Source: Candidatus Bathyarchaeota archaeon (lineage in GTDB: Archaea; Thermoproteota; Bathyarchaeia; Bathyarchaeales; Bathycorpusculaceae). From it: a DNA stretch of 64,000 nt. The stretch is taken from positions 1,408,001 through 1,472,000 of the forward strand of contig CAVZJV010000014.1 in assembly GCA_963775685.1 (NCBI GenBank), read 5' to 3'. A program made the translations under genes and the position numbers. Of the stretch, positions 11,058 to 21,647 are shown one piece after another; within the stretch, counting starts at the first letter, position 1; every line of letters begins with the position of its first letter. A model generated the notes under the pieces. The model saw only the letters and a list, made by a program, of their open reading frames with translations. It had not been told where the DNA came from and made no database searches.

Positions 11058-11791
11058 CTTTTTGCCTCCTGCCAACCAAAATATAACCTAAACTTGTTTA
11101 TTGCATCGTCAACTGTCTGACCGTATTTTATAAGAACTTCTTTTTGGGAGTTCTCATTGGGGTTATCGATTAAGCCCCGGCACCCCCAGCAAATTGTTCC
11201 CTCATTAACACAGCATGAGTTGCAGCCAGCTCTAGTGACTGTTCCAACACAGAATTGGCCGCGTTCAAAGGCACAAACGTTCTCGTTTTTCTTGCATTCA
11301 ACACAGACAGGATAGGTCGGTGTTTCAGGTTTCTTTCCCAAGAGAAGCGATTTGACCACCTGCAGGAAATCTTCACGGTCGATTGGGCAGCCATAAACAT
11401 ACGCGTCAACAGGGACAACAGCATCAATTGGTCTTGCAGCATAGGAGTCAAAGAGCCGCGCGTCTTCGCCATACACCATCTTTTTAACGCTATCTAAGTC
11501 CTTGTAGTTTCTAAGGGAATTAATACCGCCAATCGCAGCACAAGAGCCGATCGCTACCACAATTTTAGCATTTTTCCTGATTTGCTTTAGCCGGTCTTCA
11601 TCTTGCAGTCTTGTGCATGAGCCTTCGACAAAGGCGATATCGTAGTTGTCGCTTTGTTCTTTCATAACTTCTCTGAAGGTTACAACTTCAACTTGCCCAA
11701 GAAGAGCCAAAAGGTCCTCTTCGAGATTAGCGACTTGCAGTTGATCTCCTTCACAGCCTGCAAAATCAAAAAATGCAACTTTAGGTTTCAT
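11054..11791 (-). CDS. hydD: group 3b hydrogenase small (delta) subunit
   Basis: GCEGD, VEGS, GSCA, GCP, CVECK, C-terminal Cys clusters; overlaps hydA start. Confidence 0.9.
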   Translation of the reverse strand: MKPKVAFFDFAGCEGDQLQVANLEEDLLALLGQVEVVTFREVMKEQSDNYDIAFVEGSCTRLQDEDRLKQIRKNAKIVVAIGSCAAIGGINSLRNYKDLDSVKKMVYGEDARLFDSYAARPIDAVVPVDAYVYGCPIDREDFLQVVKSLLLGKKPETPTYPVCVECKKNENVCAFERGQFCVGTVTRAGCNSCCVNEGTICWGCRGLIDNPNENSQKEVLIKYGQTVDDAINKFRLYFGWQEAKR

Positions 11792-11792
11792 T

Positions 11793-13709
11793 TTATAGCG
11801 CCTCCGGAACTCCTTTTATTTTTGCATAATTAAACACAGGCCCATCCTTGCATACGTATATCTGGTTAATTTGGCAGTGACCGCATTTACCGACACCACA
11901 CTTCATTCTGCGTTCAAGCGACATTATTATATGGTTATCCGGCATCTTTTTGGCTTTCAGGTCGGCGATTACGAATTTGTACATAACTGGAGGTCCGCAA
12001 AGTATGGCAAGGGTTTGTTCTGGGTCAAATGATACTTGTGGAATAAGAGTTGTGATTACACCGATATTGCCTGTCCAAACTTCATTTTCGGGGCACCAGT
12101 TGACAGTAGATTTCAATTCAACATCGTCTCTTAGAGCCAACGCAGCGATTTCTTCGCCGAAAAGCAACTCCTTTGGTTCTTTGCAGCCATATAGTAGAAG
12201 AACACGTCCGTAGTCTTTTCGGTTGTCAAGCACATAATTGAACAGGGATCGAAGAGGAGCAATTCCCAATCCGCCTGCAATGAACAAGAGGTCTTTGCTC
12301 TTAAGGTAATCAACATCAAAGCCATTGCCGAAGGGTCCCCGGATGCCCACTTTGTCGCCATCGTTTAGTTTGTGAAGTCTTGTGGTGACGTTTCCTAGCT
12401 TGCGGACGCAGATTTCAAACGTTCCCTTCTTTGTGGGCGAGGAAGACAAGGATATTGGAGCTTCACCTATGCCGAACGCAGATACTTCGACAAACTGGCC
12501 GGGTTTATGATTAAGCTCAGAACCATCGTCTAATTTTATCTCAAAGAGGGTTTCAAGGGCAGTCATTGGGGTCTTTTTGACTATGGTTGCTAGTTTGGGT
12601 ACGAAGTTGATGTTGCCTTCGGTTTGGATGTTTATGTCTGGGGCAGCGCCGGCTTTGATTTGGCTACCGCCATCTTGCAGTTCATGATACATATCATTGA
12701 ATAGGTCGACGGGATTGGCTATGTTTGGAAGACAGTTTGAGGAGCATCTACCGCAGCCAACGCAAGAGACAAAGCCGAAGCGGTCAAACAAGTATTTTCC
12801 TTTTTTGAAGTAACGGTGACGGTACCTTGAGGGTCTGGTTGCACGGAAATTCTCGCCTGAGGCAATCTTGGCAAAATCCTCCAGCAAACATCCATCCCAA
12901 GTTCTGATTCTTTCACCTGCTTCCAAAGTAAGGTCAGGGTTATCTTTAACGTCAAAGCAGTAGCAGGTTGGGCAAACTAGAACACACGAGCCGCAGGCCA
13001 AACATTTCTCCGAATGCTTTTCCCAAAAGCCACTTTTTCCGTAGCTGTCCTTTAGCAGTTCGGGAATCAATTCTGGAGAGAAGTCGAAATTTTGCTGAGA
13101 GACATCCATGATTTCTCTTTTTTTCTGCCCAGCAACCTGAATATCGCGAGCTAAGGCTGTTTCGACGTTTTTTGCGTATTTGGATAATAATTCTTCGCCT
13201 TTTTGTGATCCAATGTTGATCACGTATCTGTTGCCTAAATCTGTTAACATAAGGTCGAAGCCGTAGTCAACGGTGGACGAACCCATGTATGAAGAGAAAT
13301 TCCATTTTGACAGTTTCTGGATGTTGACGCCGATTATTACTGATGATTCACGTTTCTTGAAGTAGTATGGGTCTGATTTTGTTTCTCTAAAAATCTCATC
13401 CATGTGAAGAAGTGCGATGAGATCGTATGGGTGGACACCGATTAACACCATAGGTTTGGCCTCTTCGGGTTTTTTTGCGGAAAACCCACCGGCTAAATCA
13501 TAGGTAAACAAGGTTTCTCGCTGCGGAAAGAAATATTTTTTTGGAGGCAACAAAGTGACATCGTAGTCGAGTCGTAGCTCCTCGGCGGTTTGCAGGGGCG
13601 CAAAAGCAAATTTGTTGCCGCGGGATTTTACTCCGATAACATTCAAAGAGTCATCGTTTATCAAGTTATTTACAAAATCAGCAAAATCAGACTTTAAAAT
13701 GATCTTCAT
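11793..13709 (-). CDS. fused hydrogenase beta (AsrA-like 4Fe-4S) and gamma (FAD/NAD(P)-binding, 2Fe-2S) subunit
   Basis: CLACGSCVLVCPTCYC and CVGCGRCSSNC in the N-half; PGQF, RGPFGNGF, AGGLGIAP, CGPP, MKCGVGKCGHC in the C-half. Confidence 0.9.
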   Translation of the reverse strand: MKIILKSDFADFVNNLINDDSLNVIGVKSRGNKFAFAPLQTAEELRLDYDVTLLPPKKYFFPQRETLFTYDLAGGFSAKKPEEAKPMVLIGVHPYDLIALLHMDEIFRETKSDPYYFKKRESSVIIGVNIQKLSKWNFSSYMGSSTVDYGFDLMLTDLGNRYVINIGSQKGEELLSKYAKNVETALARDIQVAGQKKREIMDVSQQNFDFSPELIPELLKDSYGKSGFWEKHSEKCLACGSCVLVCPTCYCFDVKDNPDLTLEAGERIRTWDGCLLEDFAKIASGENFRATRPSRYRHRYFKKGKYLFDRFGFVSCVGCGRCSSNCLPNIANPVDLFNDMYHELQDGGSQIKAGAAPDINIQTEGNINFVPKLATIVKKTPMTALETLFEIKLDDGSELNHKPGQFVEVSAFGIGEAPISLSSSPTKKGTFEICVRKLGNVTTRLHKLNDGDKVGIRGPFGNGFDVDYLKSKDLLFIAGGLGIAPLRSLFNYVLDNRKDYGRVLLLYGCKEPKELLFGEEIAALALRDDVELKSTVNWCPENEVWTGNIGVITTLIPQVSFDPEQTLAILCGPPVMYKFVIADLKAKKMPDNHIIMSLERRMKCGVGKCGHCQINQIYVCKDGPVFNYAKIKGVPEAL

Positions 13710-13872
13710 ATGACCATTCTCTCTCCCAAATTGATGTTTAGGAATTGATATAAAGTTGTGAAAGATGAAATTTAAAGGTTTGTGGAATTACCTAAATATG
13801 CAAGGTCCAACAGGATGAAGAAAAATCAGAGCGTGGGATGGCGAAAAAGCTGTTCTTTAGCCTGCGTTTGCG

Positions 13873-14010
13873 CTATATTGTTCTCTTTGCACCGCAGTTA
13901 GGGCAAACCGTCAACGTCTGCTCCATTAAGCCTTGGCAGTACTTGCATCGAATCATAACAACTGTCCTTACCACTTCCCTTTGCACTGCTGACACTTGGC
14001 ATAGTTAGCA
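13873..14010 (-). pseudogene. C-terminal zinc-ribbon fragment of a degraded gene
   Basis: Reads VQREVVRTVVMIRCKYCQGLMEQTLTVCPNCGAKRTI*; an in-frame stop lies just upstream. Confidence 0.5.
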
Positions 14011-14606
14011 CTATAACTTGGATTTCGCTTGTTTCAGTGATCCTATCCGGTCTATCATCCACGGCAAGAACGCCATATAAAAACACTTAACATAATGGTC
14101 AACATTGTAGGTGGTTTCTTTAGTCGCAAAAAGAACAATCAACGAAAATGGGTATGAAACAGCAAAACCTGCCGGAATCCGGGCGGCCCAAAAAAAGAAG
14201 TCTAATAAATCACCCCATTAGCCCATCACTCAACTTGTTGCGTCGAATATTGGTTGCCAACTATGAGTGTTTTCTTAAGACGTTCGTTACATGTAAACAA
14301 AGCCGCTGCTTTAGTCACATCAAACTCTTCATTTGAACAAATTTTAATTCCGCCAGTAACATTTCCCATAGAACGAAGGACAGTTTCTGTTCGTTTAACT
14401 CAATTTTCGCTTTCGGCGGGCCTGTTGTATTAAATATATCAGATAGCCATTTAGGGCTCATTTTTGTGTATCCCTAACTTGACTAAGTTCTGCTTGTTTT
14501 CTTTTATGCTTCTTAATAGTGGACAAGTTGGTGATGGAAAAAACCAATATGTTAAGGCAAAGCCCGGTGACAAAATCTAAAGTTTACGATAAAAAAATTC
14601 GTCGAT

Positions 14607-14996
14607 CTAATCTTGGTTTTCTATTTCTTTTGTTCTTAATCGGTCTTTTACGGTAGCTATGAGTTCTTCAGCTTTGACTGGTTTAACCAAAAAGTCATCA
14701 GCTCCATAATCAGCAGCTTTTTCCCCAACCTCTTCGCTGGAAAAACCTGTAATGATAATTTTGATAGTTTCGGGTTCTCTGTTCAACTCAAGGAGAAGGT
14801 CTGTTCCTTCCATATCAGGGAGTTTGACGTCAATTAGGCATACATTGAATTTTTCATTTCTTATCTTTTCAAGGGCATCCTTGCCTGTCTCAGATGTCTC
14901 AACTATGTAGCCTTCTTTTTCCAAAATACTCTTAAAAACCCTAAGAATGTTCGTGTCATCATCAACTACAAGAATTCTCTTATTTTCCTCGTTCAT
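14607..14996 (-). CDS. single-domain response regulator receiver
   Basis: ILVVDDD, LIDVKLPDMEG, IITG, FLVKP. Confidence 0.92.
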   Translation of the reverse strand: MNEENKRILVVDDDTNILRVFKSILEKEGYIVETSETGKDALEKIRNEKFNVCLIDVKLPDMEGTDLLLELNREPETIKIIITGFSSEEVGEKAADYGADDFLVKPVKAEELIATVKDRLRTKEIENQD

Positions 14997-15180
14997 TTAA
15001 CTCCTCCAATTTACAAATATGAATCCTAAATGTTTGGGGTTTTATTGATTGGCATAAAACAATGCAGAAAGCCAATCTAAAGACGAAAGTCATCTTACTC
15101 AAGTAATTACAACAATAGAACAATAGTAGCAACCATTTTAAGGGTATGTGGATGGCTAAGCACAACAACAATAGGGAATT

Positions 15181-16137
15181 TTAAAATTTTGTCAAGTCAA
15201 TACCCAGCCTTTTTGAAACCGGGGGCAAGTCGTTTAAGATATAGACAAACGCGTAACCGCTCCAGTTGCCCCATCGTTTCTGGCCAGCCTCTTTGATGGA
15301 GAGTATAACAGCTCTTGGTTTTTCGGGTACTTTGCCGTAGAATAGCACGCTAAAGATTTTGGAGCTCCAAACATCAAGCGGAAAACCCATCCGAGGCATA
15401 ACCAGTTCAGCCGAGTATTCGCCGATTCCCCTCAAAGTCAACAGCTTCTTTTTTGCATCCTCTGGCTTCATCGAATAGAGCTTATCCATGCTTGGGAAGC
15501 CTTGGGTTAGGGCTACTGCGATGGTTTTGAGGTTTTTTGCTCTGTATCCCAACTTAGCTTTAACCATCAATTCTTCGACTTGGGCATTAGCGATGGTTTG
15601 GGTTGAGGGCAATACCCTATTGTTTTTCCATTAAAACTGACTTTGTCCCCAAAATTAGCCATAAGCAAGTCCATCATTTGGTTGCTTCGCTTCATAGGCG
15701 CCATCTGCAAAAACACCGCCAGGAGTAACGCTGGGAACAGGTCTGGCCAACCGACTGTATGCATACCGAAGAGGTCCTTGAATGCACTTTGCAGGATGTC
15801 ATCTTTTTGCTGAGGTTGCAGAAGTCTGTCAGGTCTTCCTCGGCTTTTAGGGCGCGTTTTAGTATCTGTGTTATGGCTTGTTTGTGGGAATCGCCTATTT
15901 TGCCTGAGAGTAGACTTCGCATTTTATCTGGGGCTTCTGAATCGTCCTTGTAGAATGCCGCTTTAGACATAGAAGTTCATCATTAAATCTTGTAGCACTC
16001 CTGCAAATACCCTTTTTCAAAAATTTCGTCGGGTGTTGACCAGTACCATCCTATCCTACCAGCTTGTGGATAGTGAATTCAAAGTTGTAAGGTGGAACTG
16101 CTTTAAGCTCAAATGTAAATATGCTCTTTAGGTTCAA
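15181..16137 (-). pseudogene. HhH-GPD/AlkA-like DNA glycosylase in several frameshifted fragments
   Basis: N-terminal VPPYNFEFTIHK..GWYWSTP; AKLGYRAK, LRGIGEYSAE, FPLDVW; at least three frame breaks. Confidence 0.7.
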
Positions 16138-16224
16138 GATGAAACCTAACTATACAGGTGACGTTTTAGGTATTTATAGTGGGAGGGCAGCTCTTGAGAG
16201 ACAGCCAAAACTGTTCGAAGGTTT

Positions 16225-19200
16225 CTAAAGTTCCTCATGTTTCTTATCCGACTTAACGTAGACTTCAACCTTTACTGTTGACGCACCTTGTCCAAGAAAC
16301 TCTGACAGAGACCCAGTCCACTCCGCGGTGGAATCTGCGGTGAATCCAACTGTCTGGGAAATGCCGCGCCACAATAGTGCTTTGTCATAGTCTTTGGCGT
16401 CTTGGGGCATGAATTCGAAAATTGATCGGCTGGCGATGATGATCAGCTTTTTCTTCATGCGTGAAATTGCGACATTGATTCGGTTCAGGTTAAGCAGGAA
16501 GTCGCTTTCGCTACGAACATAGTCTGGGTCGCTGACTGTGGAGGAGATGATGATACAGTCTGCTTCACCGCCTTGGTAGCGCTCCACGGTGTCGACTCGA
16601 GCGTTTTGGCCGCCCTGTGAAAACATGTTTTTTAGCAGACCTTTCTGGGCATTATGAGGTGTAATTACGCCTATGCTGTCGGTTTGGGTGTTACGCACCA
16701 ACGCCTCTACAATCGACGCTTCTACCAGATTTGACTGGAAACTCTCCGCCTCATCATGCACAACTAAAACAAATATGTTCTGGGGGTCCAAAACAACTCC
16801 AAGTCCATCCGTCTTTGGCTCCGAAGCCGCCAACATCTGTTTCTGGTCGGAGTGAAAATCAATCTTGTCCTTCTCATACACCCATTCCCTCAAAAATTCT
16901 GCAACAACTGAGTGGCACCTGTGGCTTTCACATAGACGCTCAGCTGGAATATCCGCAGCATGTTTACAACTGATACGTTCAATGCCGAGATCTTCTTGGC
17001 GAAGCAACCGCAGAAAATCCATAGCGGAGAGAAAGGAAGCCATTTCTTCAAGTGTTCGGCGATCTTCTTTTTCCCAATTATGCGCTTGGATGGGGGGCAG
17101 TTGGCGATGGTCTCCGGCCACTAGAATTTGGCTGTTCTTGGTGAGGAAACTGCCTGAAAGGATAAGTTCAGGCAGCCGCATCATGCTGGCTTCATCGACC
17201 ACAAGTAAGTCAAAGAAGCCTTCGCCCCATGGCGGCTCAGAGCCACCGATTTTCTTCATTAGACCGTAGAGGCCAGGTGGGGTAAGACATAGAATCAGCG
17301 GGGATGAATCTGAAGCGTCAGGCGTTAGGGTTGCCTGGTTCATTATGCAATCCTTGAGTTCTTGAACGGTTTCTTCATCTTCGTTATAATTGAGATATTT
17401 TACGCCTTCAAGGGGCTTAACTGAGGAAACATCACTACTCAAGACGCGGTAGATGTTTAGATCTTTTAGGTCGTTGCCGCCTTCTCGGCAATATTCCTGC
17501 AAACAACGAGCAAGTTTACTGACAAACTCATGAATCGCTTTATGAGTAGGGGCAACCATCAGAACTCTGCATCGGGATTTGACGCTGTGCGCTGCTACAT
17601 GAGCTAGAACTGCCAGCTGCAAAGTCTCGGTTTTTCCCGTGCCGGGAGGGCCTTGCAGCATCACAATTTGCTCTTTTCCGAAAACGCGGTTTATGAAACG
17701 TTGCTGCTCAGCTTTAGGAGGAAAACGCCTGTCCTCAACCCAACGTAGAAATGAAGCCGACGAATCTGTCGTCAGAGCCGTATGCAGAGAGCATGCAGAT
17801 TTGCCAGCTAAGAACCCTGCCAACAAACCGTAGAGCACATTGTTGGCGGCAAAGTCAAGCGATTTGGCAGCCCTATCTGAAATGATGTCGTCAACTAACT
17901 CATCAAGGATGTAAAGTCGTCCAGCCTCAAAGAGCTGCATGTACTTACTATTTTGTGCTTTTTCTCGGTCATTCGTTGGAAGGTTATGCCAGGCGGTGTA
18001 TTTTCTGCCCTTTCCGCTTGGCCAGCTAACCACGTTGATAACGATATCGCCCTTTCGGACATCAACTTTTTCGACGATTGCTCTGGCAGATTTTTCAACC
18101 TCCGAAGGGGACCGCCTCTGGGTTTCCTCAAACTGACCCTGTTCATTGCACCTCAGCTCAGTGACAACCATCCAGTCGCCCGAACTTGACCCATCCGCAC
18201 CTTTAACTCTGCATGCGTTAGCAACGCAATCAGCCTTGGGCAAACCAATGCCCTCGTAAACAAGTTTCCCGCGCACCACGAACTCCTTATCAGATTCAAC
18301 GACACCTGTGCATTCAAAAATGAGCGATCTGCCCGAAGCCACACGCTGATAGGGAAGCAAAGCATAATGCTGGTACATTTCTTGGCGCTTGGAAAAATAC
18401 TCCAAATCAAGAAACTCACGGCAGCTACGTTCTAGAGTTGCAACGCCAAGGGAAAATTCTGAAATTTTGGGAATTGCTATAGGTTTCTTTCCCATCCTCC
18501 TGTTGCGAATATTCAAAGACCGCTCTATAAACTCCAGAGCAGAACAAAGTTTCAACCCCATCAAACTGAGTTCTTCATCGCCAATCCGCCTCGTCTTCTG
18601 GGTGTAATCGCACCATTTGCGTTTCTCAAGCAGAATTTTGGCGGTACCTTTTTCCCGATAATTATCCAATCGACCCTTGGCAGCCCAAAAATACTCGATA
18701 GGGATTTGGTCGCCGAACCGAGCACGCGCAGGATAATACCCTTCTTTCTTTCTATATTCTTCCCCGAGAAAAGAAATGGATCCATCGGGATTTCTATGGT
18801 AAGGCAACGAATAATTAAACATCCCATCACGGAAAACCAGGCGCAAATCAACTGTGGAACCATCTTGACGCTTGACTATCCATATTTTATTGTCGAAAAA
18901 GCCAGCTTGATCAAGAATAGGCAAAAGCCCAGAACTATGAAATCTTAGGGCTTTCCTGTGCAAGACTTCGTCTTGCAGGATTGAGAACATGGGTTGGTCA
19001 ATGGCTTGTCTTAGTCCCAAAAGGTCCCTGACTGCCCGGGCACTAATCAGCGACGGCTGGCGGCGAACAGCCTCCATTAGTGCATCGCGTTCTCCTCGGC
19101 TGAAGAAGTAAAGATGAATGGGTGCCTCATCTGGGGTGTTTACTTCGTTGGCTACTTTGGTTATTGCTTGGGTGAGCCCTTGGAAGAAGGCTTCCAGCAT

Positions 19201-20589
19201 CTTCTTTTCTTCATCTAGGCATAATTCGCGTTCATCTGGAAGACTGCTGATAACTCGGGAAATATTCAAGGGCTCTCCTCTGTAGCGGGTGCAGTTTACC
19301 CTTGCGCTAATCATCGAAATAACATCCAGCATATAATCGCGTTCAACGAAGAGGTAAACGCGGATCATGCCGTCTGGGCTAAACAGAAGCGCTGAATCCA
19401 TTCCGTTTGAAGGGCTATCCTCCGGCAAGCCGCCATAACCCGTTCCAGTTAGCCAGGGCATCCACCTGTTTTTGTTTGCGAAGAGACTGATGGGGCGAAT
19501 GCCCCCCAACATGTACTGAGAACGTTGAATCAACCAATCCAGCTTGGCTCCAATTACAGGGTCAGTTGCCAATGCATGAACCTTCTCGGCAGCCCTAAAG
19601 GGAATAGCTGTAAAATCATAGGGGCGTAAATTGGTATTATCTACCACAGGCTTTAACTTTGCCAGGTCCTCTAAACGTTTAACTCCATGATGCCCAAGTG
19701 CCTTCTGTTCACCCCTGCTCAAATTAAGCAAAGCGATACTTTCGTTTTCGACCGCGGTAACTATGCAGCATTCGTTAAAGCCGCAGTTGTCACATCTCCA
19801 ACAAAGCTGAAACTCGACTTTCGCCAAAGGTGTCTGGTGGATTCGGTTTAGCTCGCCATTTTTAGCAAGCAGACGCTCAACATCTTGTATTAGGGGACCA
19901 AGCTTGAATTTAGGCAAGCATGCTGGGTCAAGACTGTGCAAATCACTCTCTCGGTTGATTACTCCGCCTTCTATTTCGACCTTTGAAGACAAGTTTCCTA
20001 ATTCTTGGTTGAGAAGCAAAACGTAAATCGCCACCTGTATTCGATGAGCAGTCTGCTCCTTCCAGGAAGATTTAAGCTCAAAAATCCTAATTTTCACTTT
20101 TTCATTTTTGCTTGGCCAGATAGAGATTAAATCAGCAATTCCTTTAACGTTCCAAACACCAATGTGACCACGCATTGGGACCTGGTAGAGCAAGATGGGT
20201 TTGTAAGATACAGTTTCCTTGGAGGAAATTTGCGCCTCAATTAAATCACGTAAATTTTTTAGAGATTTTTTTCCGGCAACTTCCCAGCCGTAGAGATGTG
20301 GGTCGTATATGTTAAAATCGTGGTATTCGAAGGCTTGAGATTTGAGTTCTGATACTTTTTTCTCTTCAAGCGCTTTGCCTGCACCGTATAGAAGAGGACT
20401 GATGGGTTTGAAGGCTTCGGGCCATTGGCGGCTTTTGGCTTCTTTGCCTTCGAATTTTAGTTTGAAGAACCGTGGGCAACAGTTGAAGCGGATGTACTCT
20501 GCTATTCCTGAAGCATCCAAGGTGGGTGGATCTTCGTTCTGCTCATATTGCTCACCTGAATAGTCTAAGCTGAAATCATCGTCGCTCAA
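16225..20589 (-). CDS. Cas4/RecB-like PD-(D/E)XK nuclease fused to a DNA2/UPF1-like SF1 helicase
   Basis: FNCCPR, GIADL..FELKSS, QVAIY, CWRCDNCGFNECC; QGPPGTGKT, VVDEAS, GDHRQLPP, ITPHNAQ, DTVERYQGGE, NRINVAISR. Confidence 0.88.
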   Translation of the reverse strand: MSDDDFSLDYSGEQYEQNEDPPTLDASGIAEYIRFNCCPRFFKLKFEGKEAKSRQWPEAFKPISPLLYGAGKALEEKKVSELKSQAFEYHDFNIYDPHLYGWEVAGKKSLKNLRDLIEAQISSKETVSYKPILLYQVPMRGHIGVWNVKGIADLISIWPSKNEKVKIRIFELKSSWKEQTAHRIQVAIYVLLLNQELGNLSSKVEIEGGVINRESDLHSLDPACLPKFKLGPLIQDVERLLAKNGELNRIHQTPLAKVEFQLCWRCDNCGFNECCIVTAVENESIALLNLSRGEQKALGHHGVKRLEDLAKLKPVVDNTNLRPYDFTAIPFRAAEKVHALATDPVIGAKLDWLIQRSQYMLGGIRPISLFANKNRWMPWLTGTGYGGLPEDSPSNGMDSALLFSPDGMIRVYLFVERDYMLDVISMISARVNCTRYRGEPLNISRVISSLPDERELCLDEEKKMLEAFFQGLTQAITKVANEVNTPDEAPIHLYFFSRGERDALMEAVRRQPSLISARAVRDLLGLRQAIDQPMFSILQDEVLHRKALRFHSSGLLPILDQAGFFDNKIWIVKRQDGSTVDLRLVFRDGMFNYSLPYHRNPDGSISFLGEEYRKKEGYYPARARFGDQIPIEYFWAAKGRLDNYREKGTAKILLEKRKWCDYTQKTRRIGDEELSLMGLKLCSALEFIERSLNIRNRRMGKKPIAIPKISEFSLGVATLERSCREFLDLEYFSKRQEMYQHYALLPYQRVASGRSLIFECTGVVESDKEFVVRGKLVYEGIGLPKADCVANACRVKGADGSSSGDWMVVTELRCNEQGQFEETQRRSPSEVEKSARAIVEKVDVRKGDIVINVVSWPSGKGRKYTAWHNLPTNDREKAQNSKYMQLFEAGRLYILDELVDDIISDRAAKSLDFAANNVLYGLLAGFLAGKSACSLHTALTTDSSASFLRWVEDRRFPPKAEQQRFINRVFGKEQIVMLQGPPGTGKTETLQLAVLAHVAAHSVKSRCRVLMVAPTHKAIHEFVSKLARCLQEYCREGGNDLKDLNIYRVLSSDVSSVKPLEGVKYLNYNEDEETVQELKDCIMNQATLTPDASDSSPLILCLTPPGLYGLMKKIGGSEPPWGEGFFDLLVVDEASMMRLPELILSGSFLTKNSQILVAGDHRQLPPIQAHNWEKEDRRTLEEMASFLSAMDFLRLLRQEDLGIERISCKHAADIPAERLCESHRCHSVVAEFLREWVYEKDKIDFHSDQKQMLAASEPKTDGLGVVLDPQNIFVLVVHDEAESFQSNLVEASIVEALVRNTQTDSIGVITPHNAQKGLLKNMFSQGGQNARVDTVERYQGGEADCIIISSTVSDPDYVRSESDFLLNLNRINVAISRMKKKLIIIASRSIFEFMPQDAKDYDKALLWRGISQTVGFTADSTAEWTGSLSEFLGQGASTVKVEVYVKSDKKHEEL

Positions 20590-20679
20590 CTAGTTCTCTG
20601 CCTCTTAAGTTAATCGATGGATTATTGTATTTACCATTGCTTATGTTTAAATCATTACTGAAAACCAAACTCTATCAAG

Positions 20680-20856
20680 TTACATTCGCATTAGCAGCAT
20701 AGGAACCAGTAAACTTGGCGTGGACTCTTCCAGCTTCATTGTTTTTGTTTTGTCATTTAACTCCATCCGGAGATGGCATTTTTCTTTTACTATACAGTAC
20801 TCGCAACTTACAGTTTCTTTTTGGGTTTGGCAATCAATTACTATTTGAGTATACAA
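20680..20856 (-). CDS. small Cys-containing hypothetical protein (58 aa)
   Basis: TTG start: MYTQIVIDCQTQKETVSCEYCIVKEKCHL...; possible 4-Cys metal site. Confidence 0.4.
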   Translation of the reverse strand: MYTQIVIDCQTQKETVSCEYCIVKEKCHLRMELNDKTKTMKLEESTPSLLVPMLLMRM

Positions 20857-21160
20857 ACTTCTCTTAACCTCGGGAAGCAACACATAGATCAGAGCCCGCT
20901 TATAGACAATGTCAACTACGCAAAGGCATTTTCGGCAGGAGCCTTTGGGGGATCTCTTGGTTGTCTTGTACATAAAAATGTTCAAAAAAATTTTGTTTTG
21001 GTGTAGAAGGTCAATAGTTAACATAATAATCCTTTGGTAAATGGATTTTTTCAATGTTTCAGTTGAAGAACAACACCAGTTGTTTTTGCGAAGTTGGGAG
21101 GGGTTGTTTTGGGTTGGTTTTGTTGTTTGGGCTTTGAAAAGGCTTCAGGTTGCGGTTTAA

Positions 21161-21190
21161 AATGGCTAGGAATGGCTAGACATGGCTAGG
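21161..21190. repeat. 3 x 10-bp tandem repeat (a/c)ATGGCTAG(g/a)
   Basis: aatggctagg aatggctaga catggctagg. Confidence 0.8.
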
Positions 21191-21242
21191 AAAGGTGTGT
21201 GTTCTAGTTGCCTCTACCTGGATGTTAAGATTTAATAGTTTT

Positions 21243-21575
21243 TTAATCTGAGATTACTTGAGCTTTTTGATCTCTGAATATTTTTCGGTTTTCGATTTTG
21301 CATCTATAAGTCTCCAATGCAGTTTGTGGATTTTTAGTGTACTGCCCACTGCGTATATCAAATTTCCATCCGTGACAAGGACACATAAAAAGGCAACCAG
21401 TTAAAATCCCCTTCTCAAAGGTGCAGCCCATATGTGGACAACGATTAAAAACCCCAAAAACTTCATTGCCCTAGCTTGCAAACAAAACAGGCTTTCCCTT
21501 AATCCACATAGCCTTCATTTGGCCTTCTTTGAGTTCAGTTTTTTTATCGAGTAAACAAACCCGTCTTTGTTTATA
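21243..21575 (-). pseudogene. Rieske [2Fe-2S] ferredoxin with in-frame TAG at 21471-21473
   Basis: ELKEGQMKAMWIKGKPVLFAS*GNEVFGVFNRCPHMGC...CPCHGWKFD; no clean start codon. Confidence 0.75.
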
Positions 21576-21647
21576 ATTCCACTTCCAAAACTATTCTAGC
21601 TATATTATCGCTTTCGTTTTCATAACTCTTGAGCATTTTTTAGTTCG

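Noticed and set aside
16225-20589. Cas4-like domain as evidence of CRISPR-Cas
   Set aside because: No repeat-spacer array or other cas genes seen anywhere in the window
21471-21473. In-frame TAG in the Rieske gene as pyrrolysine readthrough
   Set aside because: Non-catalytic position, the gene also lacks a clean start, and no pyl genes are in the window; decay is simpler
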